From an uncultured bacterium (GTDB lineage Bacteria; Babelota; Babeliae; Babelales; Babelaceae): a stretch of DNA of 64,000 nt. The DNA lies in contig OY970209.1 of NCBI GenBank assembly GCA_963713855.1, positions 544,001 to 608,000 on the forward strand, given 5' to 3'. The notes below the pieces were generated by a model, which searched no databases, had not been told where the DNA came from, and saw nothing but the letters and a program-made list of their open reading frames with translations. Below are positions 40,451 through 49,781 of this stretch, in pieces (the first letter of the stretch is position 1; every line of letters starts with the position of its first letter). A program made the position numbers and the translations under genes.

Positions 40451-40642
40451 ATGAAGAAACAAATCGTTGCAATGTTGACATTAGGATGCTTACTTACCTC
40501 TGCAATACCAGTTTTGGCTGAAGGAGGAATGTATCGTCGTGGTGAACGAAGGAGCGAGCGTCATGGTCAGCGTGAAATGCGCCGCGGCGAAAGACGTGGA
40601 TATGAAGGTCAAACGCATGAACATAGAGGGATGAGATACTAA
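40451..40642 (+). CDS. Small exported Arg/Glu/Gly-rich protein
   Basis: SD aaggag, signal peptide ending VLA, RRGERR repeats, palindrome downstream. Confidence 0.7.
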   Translation: MKKQIVAMLTLGCLLTSAIPVLAEGGMYRRGERRSERHGQREMRRGERRGYEGQTHEHRGMRY

Positions 40643-40672
40643 TACCTCGATGTTAACACGTTTGCACGTTTT

Positions 40673-40708
40673 CAATAAACTACAAAGAAATTTCTTTGTA
40701 GTTTATTG
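40673..40708. terminator. Perfect 36-bp palindrome, probable terminator
   Basis: caataaactacaaagaaa|tttctttgtagtttattg. Confidence 0.55.
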
Positions 40709-40793
40709 CTTTTTGAGCAAAACTCGCTTTTGACCAATAGATGCCACTCATATATACTTCGTATCATGTAACAAAGTTGATGTTAAGATAACG

Positions 40794-42347
40794 ATGTTGA
40801 GTAGCTATTCAATTGCCGCTGCTGTAATTGCCGCATGCATAGCTAGCATTATTAGTACCTATGTAGCACTGGTAACACCATTTGGTCCCTGGATGGAACC
40901 AGTACTTCTTTTTATAGGTGTTTTGTGGCTTTCAGCCCTTGGTGCTAAAACAAATGAGCACAGGGGTTTTTTAGTGTCGGCTGTGGTCGCCGGTGGTCTA
41001 GCCGGTATTATTGCCACTGCGTGCTCTTTTTCTTGTCCCACATTATTCTTTTTAGAGCCTGCTATTTTTAGTAAGTGGCTCACTGCTCCTTTCTATTTTA
41101 TACTTTTTTTAGCACTATCCATCCTTGTTGTTGGCAGCATAGCTTTTGCTTTGGTGTCTTTGTGGGAAGAAGATTTAATAGAAAAGCAATCACTTAGTTT
41201 TCCTGTAGCTCAATTAATTCACAAGGGTATGCACGCTATAGAAAGGTCAGCCACGCGAGTTTTTTTATCCAGTTCGCTCGGCACGCTTTTATACTATGGG
41301 CTTCTTTCAAGTATAGGAAAGGCTTTGCTGGGCTCATGGCTTTCCGCAGCACAGTTGTTGCCGATGCTCTTTTCTATAGGTGCAATGACAACTTTTTCAT
41401 TTGCGGTACCGTTACTTGTTGGCCTTGTTGCAAAAAGTGCCGTAGTTAGTCCCATTCATGCATATTTTTTTTCTACTCATGCTACTCAGGCTTTCTTTTT
41501 TAGCTGGTGTGCTGGATTAATCGTGCACAGCACGCTCATAAGCTTTTATCATGGGTTTTTACAATTGATTAATTTTTTAAGAGAAAAAAATCATTTTTCT
41601 AGCTTGAGGCACCATTACGCATCAGGTTACACACGTGTCATTGGCATCCTTTTGATAGGATCTTTTTTAAGCGCGACATTGTTGTTGCGGTTTTTAGATT
41701 TTTCATGGTTTTCCATTCCCGTGATACTTGTTGGTTTAACTTTTTGTTCGTATCAGTTAGCTCAGATTGGAGGCAAGATAGGATTAGCTCCTCTGGGGCG
41801 ATTTGCGCTTTTTTTAGCGCTTCCTGGAATGATACTTTTTAAGCACAGCTTTGCGCAAGTAACGCTGGTTGCTTTGTTTGTTGAGTTATGTGGAGGAATG
41901 AGCGTTGATCTTCTTTTTGGACGTAAGCTGGGCACTCTTATGTCGATGCCTAGAGAAGAGATTGTAAAAGCGCAGCTTGTCGGTCTTCTTATCGGTGCTG
42001 TGACATGTTCGACCGTGTTATGGGCGCTTTGTTCTTGGGGATCGTTGGGCGTAGAGCCACTTTACGCGCAAAGGGCATATACCAGAGCATTGCTCCTAAA
42101 GGCACCTTCATTTGATGTTCTGGGAATGGTTTTAGGAGCCATTTTTGGGGTTATTTGCCATTCTTTCAGCATTAACACCGTTATGGTAATGACTGGGCTT
42201 TTGATGCCAGCGTATAGCGTCTTACCCTTGGTAGGTGGTAATCTCGTTGCTCGATTTATAACTACTGAACATCAACATGCCGTCTGGGCTGCGCTTTTTG
42301 CTATCGCTTCACTTGCACTTTCGTTACAAACTTTAACGGTTAAATAA
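40794..42347 (+). CDS. Multi-pass membrane protein, OPT/YSL oligopeptide transporter-like
   Basis: About 14-16 hydrophobic segments, LSFP motif, DLLFGRKLG and AQLVG resembling the OPT family. Confidence 0.7.
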   Translation: MLSSYSIAAAVIAACIASIISTYVALVTPFGPWMEPVLLFIGVLWLSALGAKTNEHRGFLVSAVVAGGLAGIIATACSFSCPTLFFLEPAIFSKWLTAPFYFILFLALSILVVGSIAFALVSLWEEDLIEKQSLSFPVAQLIHKGMHAIERSATRVFLSSSLGTLLYYGLLSSIGKALLGSWLSAAQLLPMLFSIGAMTTFSFAVPLLVGLVAKSAVVSPIHAYFFSTHATQAFFFSWCAGLIVHSTLISFYHGFLQLINFLREKNHFSSLRHHYASGYTRVIGILLIGSFLSATLLLRFLDFSWFSIPVILVGLTFCSYQLAQIGGKIGLAPLGRFALFLALPGMILFKHSFAQVTLVALFVELCGGMSVDLLFGRKLGTLMSMPREEIVKAQLVGLLIGAVTCSTVLWALCSWGSLGVEPLYAQRAYTRALLLKAPSFDVLGMVLGAIFGVICHSFSINTVMVMTGLLMPAYSVLPLVGGNLVARFITTEHQHAVWAALFAIASLALSLQTLTVK

Positions 42348-42355
42348 GCTTTCCA

Positions 42356-43015
42356 TCAAAGTTCAGTTCTAACCGCAGGTGCATCTTTTTCTTTTGCGAT
42401 TTCATGCGAAAGCTCTTTTTCAAATTTTTGTAGTTTTTCCTGAGAACCTTCATATTCAGTAAATACTTCATCAAAATGTATAATCATACTCTGAATAGAT
42501 TTGACGGCATCCGCTATGTCGGTGTACGCCGTGCGATACATGTCACCAGAGCCATCTTCAAGAGATACGCGGTATTCGCTGCCCAAATCGGATTTAAGTT
42601 GTCTGTCCAATCCCGCTAAAAAATCAGAAAGTGATTCGAAAGGCTTATGCATCAAAGCCATCCTTTTCATAAATTCCTCAGTGTGTATTGAAAGTTGCTG
42701 AGTAGAGTCACGCATGTTCAAGAGACTTATAAGACCTTGTAATGCGTCATAAATCTCCTCTTCTGTTTGTTTAAGGTGAGCGTAGTTAGTATTGACATCT
42801 TTTTCCTGTAAGAAAATCTCAAACTTTAAACGCCCCACTTGTGTGAGTGCTTTTGAGCGGTGCTCTTGAGCGAAGCATAAGACAGAAGTTGATACAAATA
42901 CCATTAAAGCAGCATATTTTGCATCTTGATAGACAGCTTTTAAACTAGGAAAATAACCGATAGCTCTTACTAAAGCGATACTTTTCATGATCATGAGGAC
43001 ATTCCTTTTTGACAT
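42356..43015 (-). CDS. Hypothetical helical protein
   Basis: 219-aa ORF, hydrophobic segment then coiled-coil-like region; start uncertain. Confidence 0.65.
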   Translation of the reverse strand: MSKRNVLMIMKSIALVRAIGYFPSLKAVYQDAKYAALMVFVSTSVLCFAQEHRSKALTQVGRLKFEIFLQEKDVNTNYAHLKQTEEEIYDALQGLISLLNMRDSTQQLSIHTEEFMKRMALMHKPFESLSDFLAGLDRQLKSDLGSEYRVSLEDGSGDMYRTAYTDIADAVKSIQSMIIHFDEVFTEYEGSQEKLQKFEKELSHEIAKEKDAPAVRTEL

Positions 43016-43195
43016 AGATGTTTTTTTAATATTTTACAATAAAATATTGAGAAATAGATATAATTAACAAAAAAAAGATATACAAATAAATTCTGATTAT
43101 TATTTAAAAGCCCAAACTCATGATTTATTATCTTATTCTTGAAATTATTGACAGTTTTTTATTATAATAACTTTTATAATGGAAGGAGAAATAGT

Positions 43196-43672
43196 ATGAA
43201 AACACAAAAGTATGCGATGCTTACGCTAGCGCTTTTAGCGCTAGCAAGCTCTATCGGTGTTCAAGCTCAGGGAGCTATGACCGTTTATCAACCAGGAAGT
43301 AGTCCTGCTCGTTATGGAAATGAGTGGGAGAATGAGGGAAGTGCTGAATATGGAAGTCAGCCTGTTAGCATGTATCCGGGTGACGTAGGGATGTATCCTG
43401 CGATGCATGGCAGATCAGAGGAGCGACGTGAGTCCCGTCAAGAGCCTCTTTTAATGTACCCAGGTGATGTTGGCATGTACCCTGGATTAAGGTCTAGAAC
43501 TGCAGCTTCCGAAGAAGAAAGGCGTGAACGCAGAAGAAGACACCACCATGGTAGGGATTGGCGTAAGCGTAAGGGTCACGGAAAAGCTTGGGGTTGGTAT
43601 AAAAAAGGATACGGTCAGAGACAAAATCCTCCATATAGATCATCTCAAGGTGCCCAAGGCCAAGAAGAATAA
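43196..43672 (+). CDS. Exported low-complexity protein with duplicated MYPGDVGMYP motif
   Basis: SD aaggag, signal peptide ending VQA, repeat at 43370-43400 and 43454-43484, terminator follows. Confidence 0.75.
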   Translation: MKTQKYAMLTLALLALASSIGVQAQGAMTVYQPGSSPARYGNEWENEGSAEYGSQPVSMYPGDVGMYPAMHGRSEERRESRQEPLLMYPGDVGMYPGLRSRTAASEEERRERRRRHHHGRDWRKRKGHGKAWGWYKKGYGQRQNPPYRSSQGAQGQEE

Positions 43673-43678
43673 TATGTT

Positions 43679-43714
43679 CATCAAGAGCGTCTGAGGACGC
43701 TCTTGATGCTTTTC
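43679..43714 (+). terminator. Intrinsic terminator
   Basis: catcaagagcgtc-tgag-gacgctcttgatg-cttttc. Confidence 0.7.
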
Positions 43715-43875
43715 AATTACTGACTAGATCATTGAAAATAACTTCTTTACTTCTGCTTTTTTAAAGCAATGTAGTTTAAAGGCTTATTGGCATAGCACTT
43801 TGCCTATTTAAGGGGATAAAAAATTCTTGCTGTGCTACTATAAAAGAAATCGCTTTTTAAAGGTTTTATTAAATT

Positions 43876-44952
43876 GTGTCTTTCGCCGATCATACGCTTG
43901 ATTACATTATTATAGGTCAGGGGCTTGCTGGCAGCATTTTGGCGTGGAAAATGAGTGTTCGGGGGAATCGTGTTGCGGTTGTTTGTGACGCGTCTTGCAA
44001 ATCCGCTTCTTTGGTGGCGGCTGGTATTATAAATCCTATTGCTGGAAAGAGGCTTGCTAAAGGGTGGAATATTGAAAGTACGCTTCCTGCCGCCAAAAAA
44101 ATATATCATGAGTTAGAGTCTTATTTTAATAAGCCTTTTTTTGAACCTCGTCCTATTATCCGTCTTTATCAATCCGCCCATGAGCAAAACTGTATCAAAG
44201 AAAGAATGAGCGATCAGTTCTATCAATCAGCACTAAGCTTTCATGAGCCTGGTATGCATGCTGAGCGATTTAAAGATCTTCTTGGCGGCTTTACAATCCA
44301 TGGTGGAGGCATCGTTGCTGTTAAAGAGCTCATTAGTATACTTTCAGATTTTTTTAAAGAAAAAGAGTCTTTATACGATGAAACTTTTGACCCCCGAGAG
44401 CTTAGAATGGAAAACGGACTTCTAAGTTGGAAAAATCTTAAAGCCAAAAGAATCGTTTTTTGTGAAGGCTATCAGGGTATGCATAATCCCTGGTTTAAGT
44501 GGTTGCCTTTCGAGCCCGCAAAAGGAGAGATTTTGACGATCAGTACCAATGTTCCGGCTGAATACACTTCAACAATATTAAACAAAGGCATGTGGCTATT
44601 CAGTCAAAAAGATGGTTGTGTAAAACTTGGCGCTACTTACAACCGCAAGGAGCTTTCTGAGTCGCCAACACAACTAGGAAAAGAAGAATTATTAAAAGGT
44701 TTTAGGGAACTTATCAGAAGCGATAAAGATTGTGATATCGTGGCGCATGAGGCTGGTATACGTCCCTGTACGAAGGATTCAAGACCGTTTGTGGGAGTGC
44801 ATCCAATGCACAAGCAACTGATCATCTTTAACGGGTTTGGTTCAAAAGGAACTCTTCTTATTCCCTATTTAGCGGAAAAACTGATTGAACATCTAGAAAA
44901 TGGTATTCCAATTCATGCCGAGGTTTCTATTGAACGCCACTGGAAAGAGTAG
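43876..44952 (+). CDS. FAD-dependent oxidoreductase (DAO/glycine oxidase/MnmC-oxidase-like)
   Basis: IIIGQGLAG Rossmann motif, ASLVAAG, AKGE, AGIRP, NGFGSKG. Confidence 0.9.
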   Translation: MSFADHTLDYIIIGQGLAGSILAWKMSVRGNRVAVVCDASCKSASLVAAGIINPIAGKRLAKGWNIESTLPAAKKIYHELESYFNKPFFEPRPIIRLYQSAHEQNCIKERMSDQFYQSALSFHEPGMHAERFKDLLGGFTIHGGGIVAVKELISILSDFFKEKESLYDETFDPRELRMENGLLSWKNLKAKRIVFCEGYQGMHNPWFKWLPFEPAKGEILTISTNVPAEYTSTILNKGMWLFSQKDGCVKLGATYNRKELSESPTQLGKEELLKGFRELIRSDKDCDIVAHEAGIRPCTKDSRPFVGVHPMHKQLIIFNGFGSKGTLLIPYLAEKLIEHLENGIPIHAEVSIERHWKE

Positions 44953-44959
44953 GCCTAAG

Positions 44960-45529
44960 ATGCGGTTGGTAGATGCAGCGCATGACCATGTAAGAACCTT
45001 TTTAGAAGAAGGTGATAGGGTTATTGATGCAACAGCGGGGAATGGACGTGATACGCTTTTTTTGGCACGGTCTGTGGGGCCTTCTGGTTTCGTTTTTGCT
45101 TTTGACATACAGGCATGTGCATTAGAAAAAACAAAAACCATGCTTTTAGAAAAAGCAGCTTTCGAGCCTGTTAATTTAATACTTGACGGTCATGAAAATA
45201 TGCTAAAGCATGTTCCTCAGTCCTGGCACAAAAAGGTTAAGGCTATACTATTTAATCTTGGCTATTTACCAAAAGGCGATAAGGCGATTACGACTTGTGC
45301 GCAAAATACCTTAAAAGCTCTCGAAGTTTCTTTAAAGTTGTTACATCCAACTGGCGTGCTATCAATCGTTGCGTATCCTGGTCATGAGGAGGGTAAAAGG
45401 GAAGCGATTGTTATAGAGCAATGGGTTAAAAGCTTATCCAATACTTTTGATGTCTTAACGCTAAAAAATGAGCACACCGCAAAGGCTGCTCCTGTGGCTT
45501 TTTTCATAAAGGCAAAATGCCTTAGGTAG
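44960..45529 (+). CDS. mnmM: SAM-dependent methyltransferase, MnmM/YtqB family
   Basis: IDATAGNGRDT, FAFDIQ, DGHEN, FNLGYLPKGDK, YPGHEEG match the YtqB/MnmM signature. Confidence 0.8.
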   Translation: MRLVDAAHDHVRTFLEEGDRVIDATAGNGRDTLFLARSVGPSGFVFAFDIQACALEKTKTMLLEKAAFEPVNLILDGHENMLKHVPQSWHKKVKAILFNLGYLPKGDKAITTCAQNTLKALEVSLKLLHPTGVLSIVAYPGHEEGKREAIVIEQWVKSLSNTFDVLTLKNEHTAKAAPVAFFIKAKCLR

Positions 45530-46622
45530 CCTTTGATTTTTGAGCATGCTCGTATATAAGGTATGGCTCGATAAATGGCATCAGCTCTCCATCCAGAACA
45601 AGCTCGGGCTGGGGTGATTCAACATCAGTTCGGTGGTCTTTGACCATGCGATATGGGTGTAAGATGTAGGAGCGGATTTGGGAACCCCATTCGATGTTCT
45701 TTTTTTCGATTGATGCAACTTTTGCTTGGGCTTCCTCTTTCTGTTTTTGTTTGAGTTTTGCAAGGAGCATTTTCATTGCTGTTTCTTTGTTTTGCAACTG
45801 AGAACGCTCGCTTTGGCATTGCACAACAATGTTAGTGGGAAGATGCGTAATGCGTACCGCTGAGTCGGTTTTATTAACGTGCTGGCCCCCTGCGCCTCCG
45901 GCGCGGTAAGTGTCGATACGCAGATCTTTAAGATCGATGGTTACTTCAGCCTCTTGAGCTTCGGGTAAGACAAAAACGCCGGCAAAAGAGGTGTGCCGCC
46001 TTTTATTGGCATCAAAGGGCGATATACGGACCAATCGATGAATACCATGCTCTCCTTTAAGAAGGCCATATGCATTTTTGCCTTTGATAAAAAGTGTTGC
46101 TGATTTGATCCCCGCGCCTTCCCCTGGTTGGTAGTCGGTGACTGAGACAGATAGTTTTTGATGCTCACAAAAGCGCAGGTACATTCTTAAGAGCATTTCA
46201 GCCCAGTCCTGGGACTCGGTTCCTCCGGCGCCAGCATTGATACTCAAAAAGCAGGCGGAGTCGTCTTGGGGATTATCAAGAAGTAGAGCTATTTTAAAGC
46301 CGCGCACTTCTTTATAATGTTTGTTAACATCGCCTTTAAGCTCGCTTAGAGTTTCTTCATTGTCTTTAAAAAGGTTAACTAAATCTAGAAGTTCTTGGTG
46401 GTTTTTAAGTACTTCATGATAGTTATCACGTTGCAGTCGCGCTTTTTGAAGTGCTTTTAGAGTTTGGGCATACTCTGGGTTATGCCAGGCATCTTCTTGC
46501 TGGCTTTCTTTAAGGAGTTCTTCATACCGAGATTCACGGTGGGATTCTTGCCAAAAAGAGCGCAGCGTCTGAAGATCAGGATCAAGGCTTTTTAATTTTT
46601 CTTGTAATTCCTCAAAGAGCAT
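45522..46622 (-). CDS. prfB: Peptide chain release factor 2 (continuous ORF)
   Basis: GAGGTESQDWAEML, RISPF, GGQHVN, WGSQIRSY. Confidence 0.96.
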   Translation of the reverse strand: MLFEELQEKLKSLDPDLQTLRSFWQESHRESRYEELLKESQQEDAWHNPEYAQTLKALQKARLQRDNYHEVLKNHQELLDLVNLFKDNEETLSELKGDVNKHYKEVRGFKIALLLDNPQDDSACFLSINAGAGGTESQDWAEMLLRMYLRFCEHQKLSVSVTDYQPGEGAGIKSATLFIKGKNAYGLLKGEHGIHRLVRISPFDANKRRHTSFAGVFVLPEAQEAEVTIDLKDLRIDTYRAGGAGGQHVNKTDSAVRITHLPTNIVVQCQSERSQLQNKETAMKMLLAKLKQKQKEEAQAKVASIEKKNIEWGSQIRSYILHPYRMVKDHRTDVESPQPELVLDGELMPFIEPYLIYEHAQKSKAT

Positions 46623-46812
46623 AAAGCATGTTTTTCGTAATAGTTGTCTATAAAGCTAGGATAACTGAATCACCCTACAAATACAGTATAGAGCGTATTC
46701 TGCTAAAAAAGAAGCTTTCATGCTCCACCGCTTTTTTGCTGGATGCTCTTTTGTTTTATATTAAATTTTCGGCTATCATAATACCTTAACTCTTTCATAG
46801 GAAAAATCATAC

Positions 46813-48294
46813 ATGGATATTCAAAGTAGGTATATTGCAATAGCACTTATGGTCTTAACGGTCTACCGCGCTCATGGCGGCTTAATGGGATACCGCGGTA
46901 TGGAAAACGAGCGTGGTAAAATCGTTGATATATATGCTGACAATCATATCCTGGGCAGTGGAATTGATAATGCCAAACAATTGAAAGCTATTGAAAAATC
47001 AATCTCTCAAAGAAAGGCGGAATTGCCTAAGATAGATGTGCTTTATGAAGGAAGAATTAAACATGTTGACTCTCAAAAAGCTAAAGCAATGGTTGATGCG
47101 GGCGATTCTTCTTCATCGTTCCTATTGAGCCTATCACCTGTGACCGTAATAACTCGTTTTCCCTTCATCGATGACAGGCTTACATCTTATGCAAATTTTA
47201 CTAATGTTGAAACGCGACTTGGCGTGCTCGAAATTAACGCTTATCTAAGCGTTCTCTTTTTAAGACGGTTAGAGCTTGTTTTAAAGGAGTACGGGGAGTT
47301 AAAGTTTGTCAATGAACTGCTATCAAGCAGTTTAAGCGCATTAAGCTTTATGGAAGCAGATATGAAGCATTTTGAAGAGTATACCTATGGCGATTTGCTT
47401 AAGGGCGTGGTTAATCTCCGCGCGGACGTTGACACTATGGTTGTTAAAAAGTTTGAAAATGAGCAGTACGAGAAAAAGTTTGAGGAAATTCGCGAGATCA
47501 TTTTAGACGATCTTGATGACGCAATTGACGATTTTTCCCACAATATAGATACAGGCATTATCGATGCCAAAAAATCTATCATGCACGAATTCGATGTGCG
47601 ATTTGATGAATTAATTACTGATTTTAAAGACTCGCTTGTGCCCCAACTTCGGAATATCATGTTACTGGAAGACAATAGCCGATCTGTTAAAGAAAAGATT
47701 ACAGATATAGCAACGAGCATAACGGTATGGTATACGACATGTATGTTAAAACTAGGCTCGCTTTTTAGGAGAAAATTCTTAAAAGAAGCCTGCAGCCGTA
47801 CGTTGGACTTAAAAGTTCTCTCTCACATAGTTGATGCCTCAACCTGTTTGCACTCTGCGGTATTTGTAGGTGCGGCACATGCAGATAGGATTTATCGCGA
47901 TCTACTTGATTTGGGCTATACCCTAAGAGAAGAAGTTTCCTACAAAAGTAATGCGGGTATTTCATATGATATCGTTGAAGAAGCTGTAAAGGACCGTAAG
48001 AATTGTCGCTTGGAGCTCAACGCTGATATCGTGATTGCTTTGATGGCTCTGGTAGTAAGCGGATATACGAAGCTTTCTTTAGGTTCAAGCTCAAAAGCTC
48101 CTTATGAAGAGATTATGAATGAGTCCATCCTCCAAATTGTAAGCAATTTGTTTACGCAGGCAAACTGCTACTTTGCTGGAGACCTAGCACTACTTGAGGA
48201 CAAGTATTTTTCATCTTTGTCTGGCGAAGGCGCGCCTCAATGGTTAGAACTTTCGAGTGAGTCGCACGATGACTGCGATTTTCCCAACGCCTAG
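46813..48294 (+). CDS. Hypothetical exported protein, possible TIKI/TraB/EreA-ChaN-like fold
   Basis: Signal peptide; IYADNH, VLYEG, VFVGAAH motifs. Confidence 0.7.
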   Translation: MDIQSRYIAIALMVLTVYRAHGGLMGYRGMENERGKIVDIYADNHILGSGIDNAKQLKAIEKSISQRKAELPKIDVLYEGRIKHVDSQKAKAMVDAGDSSSSFLLSLSPVTVITRFPFIDDRLTSYANFTNVETRLGVLEINAYLSVLFLRRLELVLKEYGELKFVNELLSSSLSALSFMEADMKHFEEYTYGDLLKGVVNLRADVDTMVVKKFENEQYEKKFEEIREIILDDLDDAIDDFSHNIDTGIIDAKKSIMHEFDVRFDELITDFKDSLVPQLRNIMLLEDNSRSVKEKITDIATSITVWYTTCMLKLGSLFRRKFLKEACSRTLDLKVLSHIVDASTCLHSAVFVGAAHADRIYRDLLDLGYTLREEVSYKSNAGISYDIVEEAVKDRKNCRLELNADIVIALMALVVSGYTKLSLGSSSKAPYEEIMNESILQIVSNLFTQANCYFAGDLALLEDKYFSSLSGEGAPQWLELSSESHDDCDFPNA

Positions 48295-48459
48295 ATTTTT
48301 GCTAATGTATACATCGCCGCCGAAAGCGAAGATGTCCGGTAAACAGATCTTAACGTTATAGGCAATCGATACAATATACTATCTTGGATATCCGCCACGG
48401 TAGTATTATCTTGCATTTTCCGGGTTGGAGTTTTAGTTTGGGTGTCAAGGAGTTAACAG

Positions 48460-49056
48460 ATGTTAAAATGTAAGATCTATTTCTACATGAGCATGATTGT
48501 AGGAATTTGCACGTTTATCAGTTTGCAAGCCGAAACTAACGTTACAAGTTTAGAAGATACCAGTGAACCTGTACTAGGCTACTTAGAAGATGAATTAAGT
48601 TTGAAAGAACTTGTTTCATATATGGAAGCGTTATTTTTGGAAAAGCGGGTTTATCACGAATGTAAATCAAGGGTGCAAAGCGATATTTTGGAGAGCGTGC
48701 TAAATTCTGAAAATCTTGAGGCTGCATTCTTATCAGCAAAGACTGAAGACGAAGATAAGGAATTTAAAGGAAGAATAAACTTGTTGGAGTTAGGTGCCTG
48801 GACTCTAGCGGCATACGGTCTTTTTGTCACCCTTTTCAACCTTGCGGCTCAAAGGTCTGGCTGCAAAAGCACCGCCCTTGGAGCCATAAGCGCACCATTC
48901 TTGGCGACTGCCGTAATAGATACTATTAGCTTGTTCAATCAAATGAGCCGTCATTTTTCGCGCGGTGAGCCTTTTTCCAGTCTTGCTGAGTTTATTGAGT
49001 GCCTAAAGACTCTTTTAAAAGAAGCACAAGAGCAGGAAGAACATGAAATCGCGTAG
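48460..49056 (+). CDS. Hypothetical exported protein with hydrophobic hairpin (paralog A)
   Basis: Signal peptide ending LQA, two adjacent hydrophobic helices, similar to the next gene. Confidence 0.7.
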   Translation: MLKCKIYFYMSMIVGICTFISLQAETNVTSLEDTSEPVLGYLEDELSLKELVSYMEALFLEKRVYHECKSRVQSDILESVLNSENLEAAFLSAKTEDEDKEFKGRINLLELGAWTLAAYGLFVTLFNLAAQRSGCKSTALGAISAPFLATAVIDTISLFNQMSRHFSRGEPFSSLAEFIECLKTLLKEAQEQEEHEIA

Positions 49057-49124
49057 GAAGGAATTGAGCTTGTTTAGCACTTTTCTGCACCCAAAATTAA
49101 AAGCGTATAATAGGAGGTTTTCTT

Positions 49125-49745
49125 ATGGCTAAAAGGTATACATTTTTGTTTGTTATTTTGCTTAACTTAGTGTACTTAAACGTTCTTGCTCAAGAAACTG
49201 ATGAAAAAAACATTGGCACGCCCCAAAGTTTCGAGCTCAACAAATTTTTATGGTCCTATTTAAGTCTACAAGATGATAGCAAGACTCTAGATTCCGTCGA
49301 TCGGCAAGTTCAAAAGTGGCTTGTAAGAATGATGAGGCGTAGAAATATTTGTTGGCACGGTTTTTTAAAGGAAAAAACCTTAAAAACGCTGATGCAGTCG
49401 GAAGACCTAAGGCTTCGAGTTGAAAGGGTTATTAATGAGGAAGCAAAAAGAAAAGGTAGAGAACGCGTCTATACCTCAAGCCTGGCCGGTGGTTCTGTAG
49501 GAGCAGGCTTTTTTGCTCTACTATTCTCTTATATTGGAATGAGGCGGTCGAATTATCAATCTGCTTCTTGTGGATTATTTTCTGGTGCTGCAGCTTTAGC
49601 TGCGTTCGCATCTTTTGGGGCATTTTTCTTAGAGCTGGTTGATCAAGAAGATACGAAGCTGCCACAGTCCCAAGAAGTCATCGCGTGCCTACAAAAGCTT
49701 TCAAAAGATGAGGATTTTGTGGGTGACGGTCTAGATGAGGACTAA
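49125..49745 (+). CDS. Hypothetical exported protein with hydrophobic hairpin (paralog B)
   Basis: SD aggagg, signal peptide ending VLA, two hydrophobic helices. Confidence 0.7.
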   Translation: MAKRYTFLFVILLNLVYLNVLAQETDEKNIGTPQSFELNKFLWSYLSLQDDSKTLDSVDRQVQKWLVRMMRRRNICWHGFLKEKTLKTLMQSEDLRLRVERVINEEAKRKGRERVYTSSLAGGSVGAGFFALLFSYIGMRRSNYQSASCGLFSGAAALAAFASFGAFFLELVDQEDTKLPQSQEVIACLQKLSKDEDFVGDGLDED

Positions 49746-49781
49746 GCTTTTTAGAGATGAACGTAAGACGAAGCGTTGGCC

